A stretch of DNA of 64,000 nucleotides, from assembly GCA_964503265.1 (NCBI GenBank), contig CAZCYO010000003.1, forward strand, positions 155,575-219,574, read 5' to 3'. Positions 17,663-27,071 of this stretch are shown here, piece by piece (the stretch's first letter is position 1; every line of letters begins with the position of its first letter). Made by a program: the position numbers and the translations under genes. The notes below the pieces were generated by a model that saw only the letters and a list, made by a program, of their open reading frames with translations, did no database searches and was not told the DNA's origin. Source of the stretch: an uncultured Gammaproteobacteria bacterium (GTDB lineage: Bacteria > Patescibacteriota > Microgenomatia > Levybacterales > UBA12049).

Positions 17663-20566
17663 TTATCCACTAACTGTTTTACAAATCATTTTATATTCAC
17701 AATTTTTGCAGTTAGTAATACTACAAACATAATCACTTCTAGCAATTTCATCGGCTTTTTTTATAATCGTATCTTTTGCTTGATCAAGCTGTTCACTTGT
17801 TCGAGTAGTTGTTAAAATATTATCTTGTTCAACATAGTGAAGTGATAAAAGTATTTCTTCAGGCGATTTATGTAATAGTGGATCTTCAATTTCTCTTATT
17901 GCGAGTGCATACATAGTCAACTGCATATCAGAAGCAAGTTTTTTCTCGTCAGGAATATTCGCACCTGTTTTATAGTCAATAATCTCTATTTTTCCATCAG
18001 CTAATTTGTCAATTCTGTCTATCCGTCCACCAACTTTCATGCGATCGATAGTAAATGAAAATGGTACTTCAATTGCGATAGGATGTGCTATTTGTCTATA
18101 TTTCATGATGTATGAATCAACTGTTTTCTCAGCTTGTGCTAACGCTTGTTCTTCATGTGACTTACTTTCATAACCTTCATGTATCCATACACGAGATATT
18201 AATTCTTTAGCAGAAATTTTAATATTCGGGTCAGCTATTCTAGCTTGGAAGTAATCTCTAAGCGCTCCATGAACACTAGTCCCATAACTAAGTGATGAGT
18301 TTGGAAAAGGGGGGATATGTAGGATATATCGTAGTTTATAGTGGAGCGGACACATATCGTATGTCTGGATTTGTGAATATGAAATATACGTGATAGGAAT
18401 AAAAGGAATGTCCGGTTTTTCTACGGATAATTCTTGTTCAACTGGAATTGGCATAAGATCAAGTAACGATAGTTGTTTAACTGAAGCTTCTACTTTCTTT
18501 TTTTGTATTATTTGATTAACGTATGTTTCGCCAAGTGCCTCGTAAATGAATGGTGAAAGTTTTCTTTCTCTTTTACCTTCGCCATAATAATTTGCAGCAG
18601 TTAAATATAATTTGTCTTTTGCGCGTGTCATCGCGACATAGAATAGTCTTCTTTCTTCACTGATGTTTTGATCGCTATCTGGAAGAACTTCTCTAATAAG
18701 ATCTGTTGGAATTGGAATTTGGTCTTTTCTGTCTCGTGATGGAAAGCGCTGTGTAACTAGATTTACGACAAACACAACTGGAAATTCAAGGCCCTTACTC
18801 GAGTGAATTGTTAGAATATTGACTGCATTATTCTCAGACCAATCAGAATCTGCGGCTAGTGGACTTTCTCCAAGTTGCATTGATAAATCAATCCAGTCAA
18901 CAATGGCAAAAACAGATGCCTCTTCGTGTGCTGCTTCATATCCTTTAATTTTTTCAAAAAATTTTGCTATGTTTTGTACTTTAGTATGCTCTTGTTCATT
19001 TTCTGGTTCGAGAAGTTTTTTTAGCAGTCCAGAGTTTTCAAAGAAATAATAAAGAATTTGTCCAGCAGATTCTCGAGGCACACGAGCTAAATGACTTTTT
19101 ATTATATCAATTAGTTTTTTCGCTTTTTCTTTTGTTTCGTCTGAAAGAAATGTATCATCAAGTTGTTCAAGTGACTCAAAAAGAGAAAAGTTCTTTTTTT
19201 TAGCAAAATTAAGAATTGCTGCAATATCACGTGGAGAGAATTCAAATACGGACATTGTTAGCACCCTGTACATTGCTGCTGAATCTTCAAAATTAACAAG
19301 TACTTTCAAATATGCTATCAAATCTTTAATTTCTTCCTGGTGAAATAAGTGTCCTGGACCTAAAAATTGATACGGAATACCAACTCTTTCCATCGCTCGA
19401 ACAAATGGTTGGGCGTGGTCGTTTGCACGAACCAGAATCGCGATGTCTTTATATTCGCGTTTATGTTTTTTAACTTGTTCAATGATTTTTCCTATAACAG
19501 CTTCAGCTTCATGCTCAACTCGTGGTCCAAAAAGGAATTCTACTGGTTCACCTTTTATACCACGCATGGAAAGAAGTTGTTTGTTTATTTTTTCTTTCAC
19601 TTCAAGTCTGTCTGGGTTGTTAAATTGGATCATTTGGTGCGAACGGGTTAAAATTTCCTCAGTAGATCGATAATTCTTATTAAGGGTAACAATTTTACTT
19701 GTCGGAAAATGTTCTCTAAATTGAACGATATTTGCGAGTGCGGCACCTCGCCATCTATAAATTGCTTGATCATCATCTCCAACAACATTAATGTTTTGTC
19801 TTTTTCCTGCAAGAAGTATCGCCAGTTCGTTTTGGGCGTAGTTGGTATCTTGAAATTCGTCAACTAAAATATATTTAAATTTTTCTTGATAATACGTTAG
19901 AATATTTTTTCTATTTCGGAAAAGTTTTAATACATTTGCGATTAGATCAGAAAAATCCATAAATCCTTCTTTTGTTTTTAGTTCTTCGTAGATTTTGAAC
20001 GCTTGGGCTAACTCTGCAATACGTTTCTTCTCATCATCATCAATATCATCATTGTCTTTTATAGAATTAGCATATTCAATATACTGCTCAGGACTAATAT
20101 CGTCGTCTTTAAGACGTGAAAAATGTTGTAATATTCCTGACAAAAATTTGTATGGATTACCAAGCGGTCTGAAATATTCGAGATGAAATTTATATAAATT
20201 TCGTCTAATAAAAAGCATAGACTCTGTTTCAGTAAGAAGTCGAAATCCAGGATTAAGTCCTATATGGATACCATCTTGTTTTAAAATACGATCACAAAAT
20301 GCATGAAATGTAAGCATCCACATCTGAGAATATCCATATGGAAGTGCGATATCTATGCGTTCTTCCATTTCTCTTGCAGCTTTTTCTGTGAATGTGAGAG
20401 CGAGTATCTCTGAAGCTGGAACTTTCTCTTCTATAATTAAATGCTTTATTCGCTCAACAACAACGGTGGTTTTGCCAGTTCCTGCCCCAGCGATGATGAG
20501 CATTGGGCCATCACCATAGCAGATAGCTTCTTTTTGTTCAGGGTTTATCCGTGTATCATCTGCCAT
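17663..20566 (-). CDS. UvrD/PcrA-family SF1 helicase fused to a C-terminal Cas4/AddB-like PD-(D/E)XK nuclease (AddA/AdnB-like)
   Basis: The N-terminus has Walker A AGAGTGKTTVV, helicase motifs (DEFQDTN, VGDDDQAIYRWRGA) and the 2B/2A domains. The C-terminal ~230 aa carry YSQIQTYDMCPLHYKLRY, IDRIDK, EIIDYKTG and a CSITNCKNCEYKMIC Cys cluster, i.e. a nuclease with an Fe-S motif. Confidence 0.85.
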   Translation of the reverse strand: MADDTRINPEQKEAICYGDGPMLIIAGAGTGKTTVVVERIKHLIIEEKVPASEILALTFTEKAAREMEERIDIALPYGYSQMWMLTFHAFCDRILKQDGIHIGLNPGFRLLTETESMLFIRRNLYKFHLEYFRPLGNPYKFLSGILQHFSRLKDDDISPEQYIEYANSIKDNDDIDDDEKKRIAELAQAFKIYEELKTKEGFMDFSDLIANVLKLFRNRKNILTYYQEKFKYILVDEFQDTNYAQNELAILLAGKRQNINVVGDDDQAIYRWRGAALANIVQFREHFPTSKIVTLNKNYRSTEEILTRSHQMIQFNNPDRLEVKEKINKQLLSMRGIKGEPVEFLFGPRVEHEAEAVIGKIIEQVKKHKREYKDIAILVRANDHAQPFVRAMERVGIPYQFLGPGHLFHQEEIKDLIAYLKVLVNFEDSAAMYRVLTMSVFEFSPRDIAAILNFAKKKNFSLFESLEQLDDTFLSDETKEKAKKLIDIIKSHLARVPRESAGQILYYFFENSGLLKKLLEPENEQEHTKVQNIAKFFEKIKGYEAAHEEASVFAIVDWIDLSMQLGESPLAADSDWSENNAVNILTIHSSKGLEFPVVFVVNLVTQRFPSRDRKDQIPIPTDLIREVLPDSDQNISEERRLFYVAMTRAKDKLYLTAANYYGEGKRERKLSPFIYEALGETYVNQIIQKKKVEASVKQLSLLDLMPIPVEQELSVEKPDIPFIPITYISYSQIQTYDMCPLHYKLRYILHIPPFPNSSLSYGTSVHGALRDYFQARIADPNIKISAKELISRVWIHEGYESKSHEEQALAQAEKTVDSYIMKYRQIAHPIAIEVPFSFTIDRMKVGGRIDRIDKLADGKIEIIDYKTGANIPDEKKLASDMQLTMYALAIREIEDPLLHKSPEEILLSLHYVEQDNILTTTRTSEQLDQAKDTIIKKADEIARSDYVCSITNCKNCEYKMICKTVSG

Positions 20567-20602
20567 GAAAACTATTCTAGCATAAAGGAAATAGAGGGTT
20601 CT

Positions 20603-21019
20603 TTATTCAACAATTATTGTGCCTGACTGGAGAGGGTTATAGTGGTTATGGAAGTCGTATCGTCCACTCTTTGTGAAGATATGTGTAAGTGAGATATTGT
20701 TGCCAAATTCACCTAAGTTTATTTCTGGAAATTTCTTGTGCGTCGGATGATCTGCTGAGTTAATAGTTGCTTTTACACCAGATTTATTTGTCCAGCTAAT
20801 ACCTTCGTTTACTTTAATCGTAACTATTCGAGGAGAAAAACCAGTTTTAGTTAACTCTATTTTGGTTTCCTTAAACAGAGAGTGTGAGGGCGAAGGGACA
20901 GTTGTTTTTACGTTACTGATTGGACGTGTTGATGGTTTCTGTTTTATAACAATTATAACAATGCCAAGTAACAAAATAAGTATAAGTATTAATAATCCGG
21001 ACAGCATTTTGTTACTCAC
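20603..21019 (-). CDS. Membrane-anchored cupredoxin-like domain protein (no Cys ligand)
   Basis: An N-terminal TM helix. The beta-rich C-terminal domain (IVTIKVNEGISWTNKSGVKATINSADHPTH...YDFHNHYNPLQSGTIIVE) resembles Cupredoxin_1-type folds lacking the copper Cys. Confidence 0.35.
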   Translation of the reverse strand: MSNKMLSGLLILILILLLGIVIIVIKQKPSTRPISNVKTTVPSPSHSLFKETKIELTKTGFSPRIVTIKVNEGISWTNKSGVKATINSADHPTHKKFPEINLGEFGNNISLTHIFTKSGRYDFHNHYNPLQSGTIIVE

Positions 21020-21060
21020 ATAGTAATCATAAACGGTTTCTCGATTTTTTAAAAGTATTG

Positions 21061-22119
21061 CTATTTAATTGGCGCCTCTAGCGTCTCAACGACTTCTTCT
21101 TCAATAACTCGTGTCGACTGTAGTTTTGTTCCAATCTGTGTAAATCCGGAAATAACATTACTATATTGTGCTGATGCATTACCAAGGTGTTTACCAAGCA
21201 CCGATATCGTTTCTTCAACTTTCTCATAATCTATTTGGATTGCTCTAAGAAGTCTAAAAACTTCTTTTGATCGTGATTCTATCTTTTTCCCTTCAAAGGA
21301 GAGTAAAATTGTTTGTAAATGAGCATACAGAGTGCTTGGAGAAACAATATAAACTCTGGATCTTCGTGCATAGTCTAGTAAATCTGTCATATTACATAGT
21401 TCATAATAAACAGTTTCACTTGGAACATACATAAGCGCAAAATCCATAGTTCCCTCTTCTGGGAGAATATATTTTTTAGCTATTGTATCTATATGTTTCC
21501 TTACATCTCGAGTAAACTCTTTTTTAAAGGCTTGAAATTCTTCACCACTTTCTTGAGATTTAACCATTTTCTGGAAATTTTCCATGGGAAATTTAGAATC
21601 GATTGGAAGGATGCCTGCATCTGTTTTAATTGCTGCATCAACTTTTTCTCCAGAGCGGAATTGGTATTGAAGGAAGAAACTTTGTTTTGGAAATAACTGA
21701 CCTATCAGGTCTTTAAGAATTTCCTCACCTATATTGCCTCTGATCTTAGGGTTTTTAAGAAAGTTTTGTAATTCGCGCATACTTCGACCAATCTCACTCA
21801 TTTGTCCCACTTCTTTTCCTACATTCCCGATAACTTCAGCAGCCTTATCAAGCCGTTCATTTAATTGCTTTGCATTTTCTTGTAGTGTTTTCACCATTTG
21901 GTTTGAATTTGTAGAAAGTGCATCGTTAAGTGTTGTGTTCGTTTGTTGAACTGAAGTCTGCATTGTTTGCAACCATTGAAGAAGTACTTGATTTGGTTCG
22001 ACTTTTTTTAGCGAGTTTAGTTTTTGGTTAAGAAGTACAATGATAGTTGAGAAGCCAATAACAAGTAAGGCAATTAAAATAAGATAGGCAGTATCCATAC
22101 GATCAGTGTATTTTATCAC
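21061..22119 (-). CDS. rmuC: DNA recombination protein RmuC
   Basis: An N-terminal TM helix, long coiled-coil regions and a C-terminal RmuC core (YILPEEGTMDFALMYVPSETVYYE...SPSTLYAHLQTI). Confidence 0.75.
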   Translation of the reverse strand: MIKYTDRMDTAYLILIALLVIGFSTIIVLLNQKLNSLKKVEPNQVLLQWLQTMQTSVQQTNTTLNDALSTNSNQMVKTLQENAKQLNERLDKAAEVIGNVGKEVGQMSEIGRSMRELQNFLKNPKIRGNIGEEILKDLIGQLFPKQSFFLQYQFRSGEKVDAAIKTDAGILPIDSKFPMENFQKMVKSQESGEEFQAFKKEFTRDVRKHIDTIAKKYILPEEGTMDFALMYVPSETVYYELCNMTDLLDYARRSRVYIVSPSTLYAHLQTILLSFEGKKIESRSKEVFRLLRAIQIDYEKVEETISVLGKHLGNASAQYSNVISGFTQIGTKLQSTRVIEEEVVETLEAPIK

Positions 22120-22158
22120 AGATAGTAAAGGCTGAATTACAAAAGGTATACTATACGT

Positions 22159-23595
22159 ATGAAACAGAATAATGGTAGAACACCTATCTTACTTATATTT
22201 CTTCTAGGAGGAATGGTTATTTCATGGATTATTTTTTCATGTTTATTTACGATTTTCTCATATATTGAATCAATTTATTTTGCATTTGATAAAATTTCAG
22301 GACATTTTTTTTCACTCCCTATTCTCATTACTGTCGGTTTATTTATCTTTTTGTTAGTTAGTTATAGCGTGTTAATTGCACACTTATTTACAAAAAATAT
22401 TTCACGTACTATATGTGCTCTTCTTGTAAGTACAATTTTCTTCTCTTTAGTTGCTGCATTTGTAACATACCCAGTTGGTGCATTAGATGTTTTTAATTAT
22501 GTGCTTATGGGTAAGCTTGTTGTCTATTACCAACAAAATCCATTCGTTTACCCTTTTGATTTATTTGCATCTCACGATTCGCTTCATAAATATGCAATAT
22601 TTCTGAACGTAACAACAGGATATGGCCCATGGTGGTTGTTATTAACGAGTCTTTCTGTGCTTCTGAGTGGAACATCATTCATTTTGCCGATGGTGCTTAG
22701 CTATAAACTAATGACATGGTTTTTTTTCATAATAACAGGGGTGGTGCTATATTCAATACCCAAAGAAAAAAATGATAAAGTTCTTAGTGCAACAATATAT
22801 TTACTTAATCCTTTTATAGTTTTTGAAGGAATGGTAAATGCACATAATGATATTTTAGTTGCATTTTTCCTGATTCTTTCATGGTGGGCGTACAAGAAGA
22901 AGCATAGTGGTATATTTTTATTTATTGTTCTTGCTGGACTAATAAAGCTTTATGCATTTGTGTTAGTGCCATTGTTTTTGATCATGGTAATTAATGACAA
23001 GTGGAATAAAAAAGATATTATAGTATCTATTCTCTTAGCTGCAATTGGTTTTTTAGCTATTTATTTACCTTTTTGGGAGAAAGATAGACTATTATCTAGT
23101 GTCGTTAAAGGGCTAAACGATGCTCAAGTAATTAATGGCTTTTCTCCTTATTCATTGATGCGAGAATTTTTTGTTACTCTATCTGTATCAACGAACGTAC
23201 TTTTACTAAATCAATATATTTTTATAGCAATATTTATTAGTATTTTTCTTTGCTCTGTATGCTACGTGTTAAGAACAAAAGACTATTTGCGAGGCTGCAT
23301 CTTTATATTATTATCATTTATTTTAACTGTTACAATTTTTCAACCTTGGTATATTCTCCCAACGCTCGCACTATTATCATTATCAAAGAAAAAAATAGAT
23401 ATTATTTTTTCAGTCCTTATTTCTAGTTTTGCTCTTTTATCTTATCCAGTTTCTGTTTGGGGATGGTTTCACTCAGGGTGGAGTACCTTCGTGATTCACT
23501 TATTTCTAGCTTGTTTTATTGCATTACCTTCGCTTATCTATGTAGCAGTTTTTTTAAGAGATGCTATGCGGGCTCGTAGTAGAGTTCAGGGTTAG
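22159..23595 (+). CDS. Polytopic membrane protein, putative GT-C-fold glycosyltransferase (DUF2029/GT87-like)
   Basis: About 12 or more TM helices with periplasmic-loop motifs (YGPWW, NPFIVFEGMVNAHND). This resembles the mannosyl/arabinosyl-transferase-like DUF2029 family. Confidence 0.4.
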   Translation: MKQNNGRTPILLIFLLGGMVISWIIFSCLFTIFSYIESIYFAFDKISGHFFSLPILITVGLFIFLLVSYSVLIAHLFTKNISRTICALLVSTIFFSLVAAFVTYPVGALDVFNYVLMGKLVVYYQQNPFVYPFDLFASHDSLHKYAIFLNVTTGYGPWWLLLTSLSVLLSGTSFILPMVLSYKLMTWFFFIITGVVLYSIPKEKNDKVLSATIYLLNPFIVFEGMVNAHNDILVAFFLILSWWAYKKKHSGIFLFIVLAGLIKLYAFVLVPLFLIMVINDKWNKKDIIVSILLAAIGFLAIYLPFWEKDRLLSSVVKGLNDAQVINGFSPYSLMREFFVTLSVSTNVLLLNQYIFIAIFISIFLCSVCYVLRTKDYLRGCIFILLSFILTVTIFQPWYILPTLALLSLSKKKIDIIFSVLISSFALLSYPVSVWGWFHSGWSTFVIHLFLACFIALPSLIYVAVFLRDAMRARSRVQG

Positions 23596-24601
23596 CTCTA
23601 ATTGTGTCTATATTTTTTGCTTCTCCCATAAAAAGAGCAGCTGTCGCTATCATTGCGCCGTTATCCGTACAAAGATTTTTAGGTGGAACAGAAAACGTAA
23701 GTGAAAGATTCTTCTTTTGTATTTCTTGTTTAAACCGTTCAGATAATGTTTCATTTGCCGCTACTCCACCTGAAATGATAACTGTGTTAACTTCATACAG
23801 TTCTGCTGCTTGTAAGGTCTTTTTTACAAGAATATCGCTGATTGCATCCATAATACACGCAGCCATAGTATTAATAAATTCTTCAGACAGTTCTTTTTCT
23901 TTCATAACTTCACGATAGACTGCAGTTTTAAGGCCAGAAAATGAAAAATCGAAATTACCTGATCCGTCCATGGGTCGTGGAAAGCGAATATATGATTTAT
24001 CTCCATATTTTGCTCTCTTTTCTATTTCAGGTCCTCCTGGATAGGGAAGCCCGAGGAGTCGTGCCGTTTTATCAAATGCCTCTCCTGCTGCATCATCGCG
24101 TGTTCCACCCAGAAGAATGAAATCTTTATGATTTTTAAGTAATAATAAATCTGTGTGATTTCCTGAAACAACTAAAACAAGAGCAGGGAGTTCTATGTTC
24201 GGATTTGCGATCCAATTTGCATAGATATGTCCCATCATATGATTAACTGGTATGAGGGGTTTATCCCACAGATATGCAAGTGTTCGAGCTGTCTCAACGC
24301 CAACCAGCAGTGATCCAATTAGCCCTGGGCCATAAGTTACGGCAATACCGTCAATGTCAGGAGAATTTTTAGAAATTGTAGTTCCAAGTCCTATTTCAAG
24401 TGCTTCTGAAATAACTGGGAGAATATATTTAACTTGTTCCCTCGCTGCTACTTCTGGAATGATACCACCTGTTTTTGCATGAAGTGCTAGTGATGTGGCG
24501 ATGACGTTTGAAAGAAGTGTAATAGTAGAAGATGAAGAATTTTTCTCTACAATTCCTGCTGATGTTTCATCACAAGATGTCTCTATACCGAGAATTCTCA
24601 T
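23564..24601 (-). CDS. tsaD: tRNA N6-adenosine threonylcarbamoyltransferase TsaD (Kae1/YgjD)
   Basis: MRILGIETSCDETSAGIV, HMMGHIYA and the ASKH-fold motifs. The length is 345 aa. Confidence 0.95.
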   Translation of the reverse strand: MRILGIETSCDETSAGIVEKNSSSSTITLLSNVIATSLALHAKTGGIIPEVAAREQVKYILPVISEALEIGLGTTISKNSPDIDGIAVTYGPGLIGSLLVGVETARTLAYLWDKPLIPVNHMMGHIYANWIANPNIELPALVLVVSGNHTDLLLLKNHKDFILLGGTRDDAAGEAFDKTARLLGLPYPGGPEIEKRAKYGDKSYIRFPRPMDGSGNFDFSFSGLKTAVYREVMKEKELSEEFINTMAACIMDAISDILVKKTLQAAELYEVNTVIISGGVAANETLSERFKQEIQKKNLSLTFSVPPKNLCTDNGAMIATAALFMGEAKNIDTIRANPELYYEPA

Positions 24602-25074
24602 AAGGTGGTCTTAACTGTATCTCCTACCTTTATTCCATATTTATCAACTAGCCCACTATTAATTTCCAGAACTTTATTTATATCACTTTGTGGAGTATAG
24701 ATAGGAAGTTGGTTATCTGCTACATCTATATCTGAAGGAGGAGGTGTTACTTGTTTGAAAATTGTAACAATTTTATCATCTTTAATAAAAATCAGATCAA
24801 GTGGAAATTGCATTTTTTTCATCCAAAATGAATACATACCTGGCGTATCAAAAATAAAAATCATTCCACGATCTTCTGCAATAGATGATCGTGATGACAG
24901 ACCGATTTCTTTTTCAGATTCAGATTTCGCTACTTCGGCGGTAAATACATGTGTTCCTATTTCGACTTTAGCTGTTTTTTTGAAAAGACCAGAAAATGGA
25001 TTAAATCGTATAGTTAGTATAATAATACCGAGAATTATGATAACAGCGATTACTATTGCGGCAACTTTATTCAT
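24598..25074 (-). CDS. DUF192-family protein (COG1430), membrane-anchored
   Basis: DRGMIFIFDTPGMYSFWMKKMQFPLDLIFI...KVLEINSGLVDKYGIKVGDTV matches the DUF192 consensus. There are 4-bp overlaps with both neighbouring genes. Confidence 0.75.
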   Translation of the reverse strand: MNKVAAIVIAVIIILGIIILTIRFNPFSGLFKKTAKVEIGTHVFTAEVAKSESEKEIGLSSRSSIAEDRGMIFIFDTPGMYSFWMKKMQFPLDLIFIKDDKIVTIFKQVTPPPSDIDVADNQLPIYTPQSDINKVLEINSGLVDKYGIKVGDTVKTTL

Positions 25075-25547
25075 AGAGTATGTAACATCTTGGTCGTCGA
25101 ATATTCAGGTAGTCGGTCAATGACATCAATTACTTTCGCTCTTACCATCATTGCTTGCCGTTCTTTATGATACCGATAAGGATCCCCAAGTGTTGTTGCT
25201 ATTATATCAGGTTTGAGGCTAAAAATCACCTTATCATACTCGTCATTTTGTGAGAGGTATGGCAGAAGTATAATGTAATCGATAATTCGTAGTTCTGCTA
25301 GGTTTTTCGCTCTTTTTTCTTGTGTATTTTTAGGACGATCGTCTCCTTTTATTTCTTTTATTTTTTGATCACTCTCAAGTAGCACAACTAAGCACTCCGC
25401 GTGTTGTTTGCAAGCTGTGAGAAATGATGTGTGTCCTGGATGAATAATATCAAAACATCCCCCTGCCAGTACTTTTTTTTTCTTCAATAGAGGTAGTAGT
25501 TTGTTTGCATCTTCAAGTGACAATAGTATTGTTTTAGTCTTCGTCAT
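25071..25547 (-). CDS. Cytidylyl/adenylyltransferase-like nucleotidyltransferase (HxGH class)
   Basis: GGCFDIIHPGHTSFL (HxGH motif) and a DRPKNTQEKRAKNLAELRIIDYIILLP region like TagD or RfaE domain II. A TAATG stop/start overlap with the upstream VanW gene. Confidence 0.7.
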   Translation of the reverse strand: MTKTKTILLSLEDANKLLPLLKKKKVLAGGCFDIIHPGHTSFLTACKQHAECLVVLLESDQKIKEIKGDDRPKNTQEKRAKNLAELRIIDYIILLPYLSQNDEYDKVIFSLKPDIIATTLGDPYRYHKERQAMMVRAKVIDVIDRLPEYSTTKMLHTL

Positions 25548-27025
25548 TAGTTATCTTTTATTCCTCGCAAAAATATTGCTTGCCATGGACGATAATTTGA
25601 AATAAATGTGTCAGAAATTATTACTTTGTTATCTTTTTTAACTGTTCTTGTGAAATATACTCGTGCTCCCGCAGCAGCAAAATCAACTTGTTTAATTTGA
25701 CCTCTCGGTAGAGATGGGTCGTCTTGGTATAAAGCTTCGGGTGCTGGTGATTGCGATGTAATAACTGGAGTACCCATTTCGACTGTCCTTCCATCGGTTG
25801 TTCCATAAATATTAAAAGTAAGACGAAGTTCGTCTGGGTTAATATAACTTTGAATTAGCATATAATGTCCCGTGTCGTTTTTAATTTTGAGATCTACACT
25901 TGGAGAATAAATTGCAGCATCAATACCAGGAGGGGAGTCTTCCTCATAATATCCCACACGGTAAGCATGTGGATTGCGCTCTATAATTGGAAGACCTGCG
26001 TTAAGTGCTGCTCTGAAAAGAGTTGTCGAAACTTGGCATACTCCACCTCCATCACCCAGTACTGTCTTTCCGCCAGAGATAACGTATGCTTGTTTATACC
26101 CAGTCAGTGAAGAAATATCTCCCAACGCTTTTACGACAGAAAACGTTTCACCAGGCGGAACGAGTATTCCGTTTAAACGAGATGACGCGAGAGTAACATT
26201 ATAGATTCTATTTTCAATTGAGTGTTGAAATAGTGAGGTCCCAGTTCCGATAAGCTCTTTGATCCCTAAGTTGTTTACTTTTTCTGTAGTAATTTTAGGC
26301 TCTAACGAGACAATCGGAATACTAATAGTAATATTCTCGGGAAGTTTTTTATAGTTAGATTGGATAGTTCTATTGAGAAGGGTACCCGTTATTTGATTGA
26401 TATTAATTGTCTGTCCATTTTCAGAAGGTTTAAATGCAGTAACGCGATTGTTTTCGAATGAAAATAACGCATCGATAGGCTCTTTATAAACTGAATCTTT
26501 TAGCGGTCTTAATAATGCAACTAATTTATCTTCATCGTAATGATATGCTGGTTGAAGATTAATTCCATACATATATGCTTGAAACATCAAACTAATATTA
26601 GAAAGGAAGTTTGATGATCTTCCGATACTGTATGCTTGTTGTGCGAGGAGTTTCTCATCGTATCCGAGACTTAATTCTTTTGCTGAAACTGTAGCAATTT
26701 TATCGTTTACGACAAAGGTAATAGTAGTTTTTTGTATTTCTATATTTTTCTTGCCAAAATAGTTTTGAACAGCCTCTTGTGATTTGCCACTAAATTCAAT
26801 TTGGTTTACATATACGCCTGGAAAAATTACTTTTCCATAAAGTTGCTGGTAGACAATACCTAGAAAACTAATAAAGAAGAATAAACCGAGGACTGCACCT
26901 AATAAAAACCAGCTTACAGTTTTTCCGATTTGTCTCCACGGATGCATTTTTGTAACAATAATCTCAATTTTTGTAGGATCAACTTGCTCAATTTTTTTGG
27001 TTGTAGGCACCTTTGTATGTTTCAT
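25547..27025 (-). CDS. VanW-family protein with N-terminal TM anchor
   Basis: VKALGDISSLTGYKQAYVISGGKTVLGDGGGVCQVSTTLFRAALNAGLPIIERNPHAYRVGYYE is the VanW (PF04294) core. Confidence 0.8.
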   Translation of the reverse strand: MKHTKVPTTKKIEQVDPTKIEIIVTKMHPWRQIGKTVSWFLLGAVLGLFFFISFLGIVYQQLYGKVIFPGVYVNQIEFSGKSQEAVQNYFGKKNIEIQKTTITFVVNDKIATVSAKELSLGYDEKLLAQQAYSIGRSSNFLSNISLMFQAYMYGINLQPAYHYDEDKLVALLRPLKDSVYKEPIDALFSFENNRVTAFKPSENGQTININQITGTLLNRTIQSNYKKLPENITISIPIVSLEPKITTEKVNNLGIKELIGTGTSLFQHSIENRIYNVTLASSRLNGILVPPGETFSVVKALGDISSLTGYKQAYVISGGKTVLGDGGGVCQVSTTLFRAALNAGLPIIERNPHAYRVGYYEEDSPPGIDAAIYSPSVDLKIKNDTGHYMLIQSYINPDELRLTFNIYGTTDGRTVEMGTPVITSQSPAPEALYQDDPSLPRGQIKQVDFAAAGARVYFTRTVKKDNKVIISDTFISNYRPWQAIFLRGIKDN

Positions 27026-27071
27026 GAGTGGATGGAAGTATCGTCCTTTTGCTATTATACATTAGTAGACT

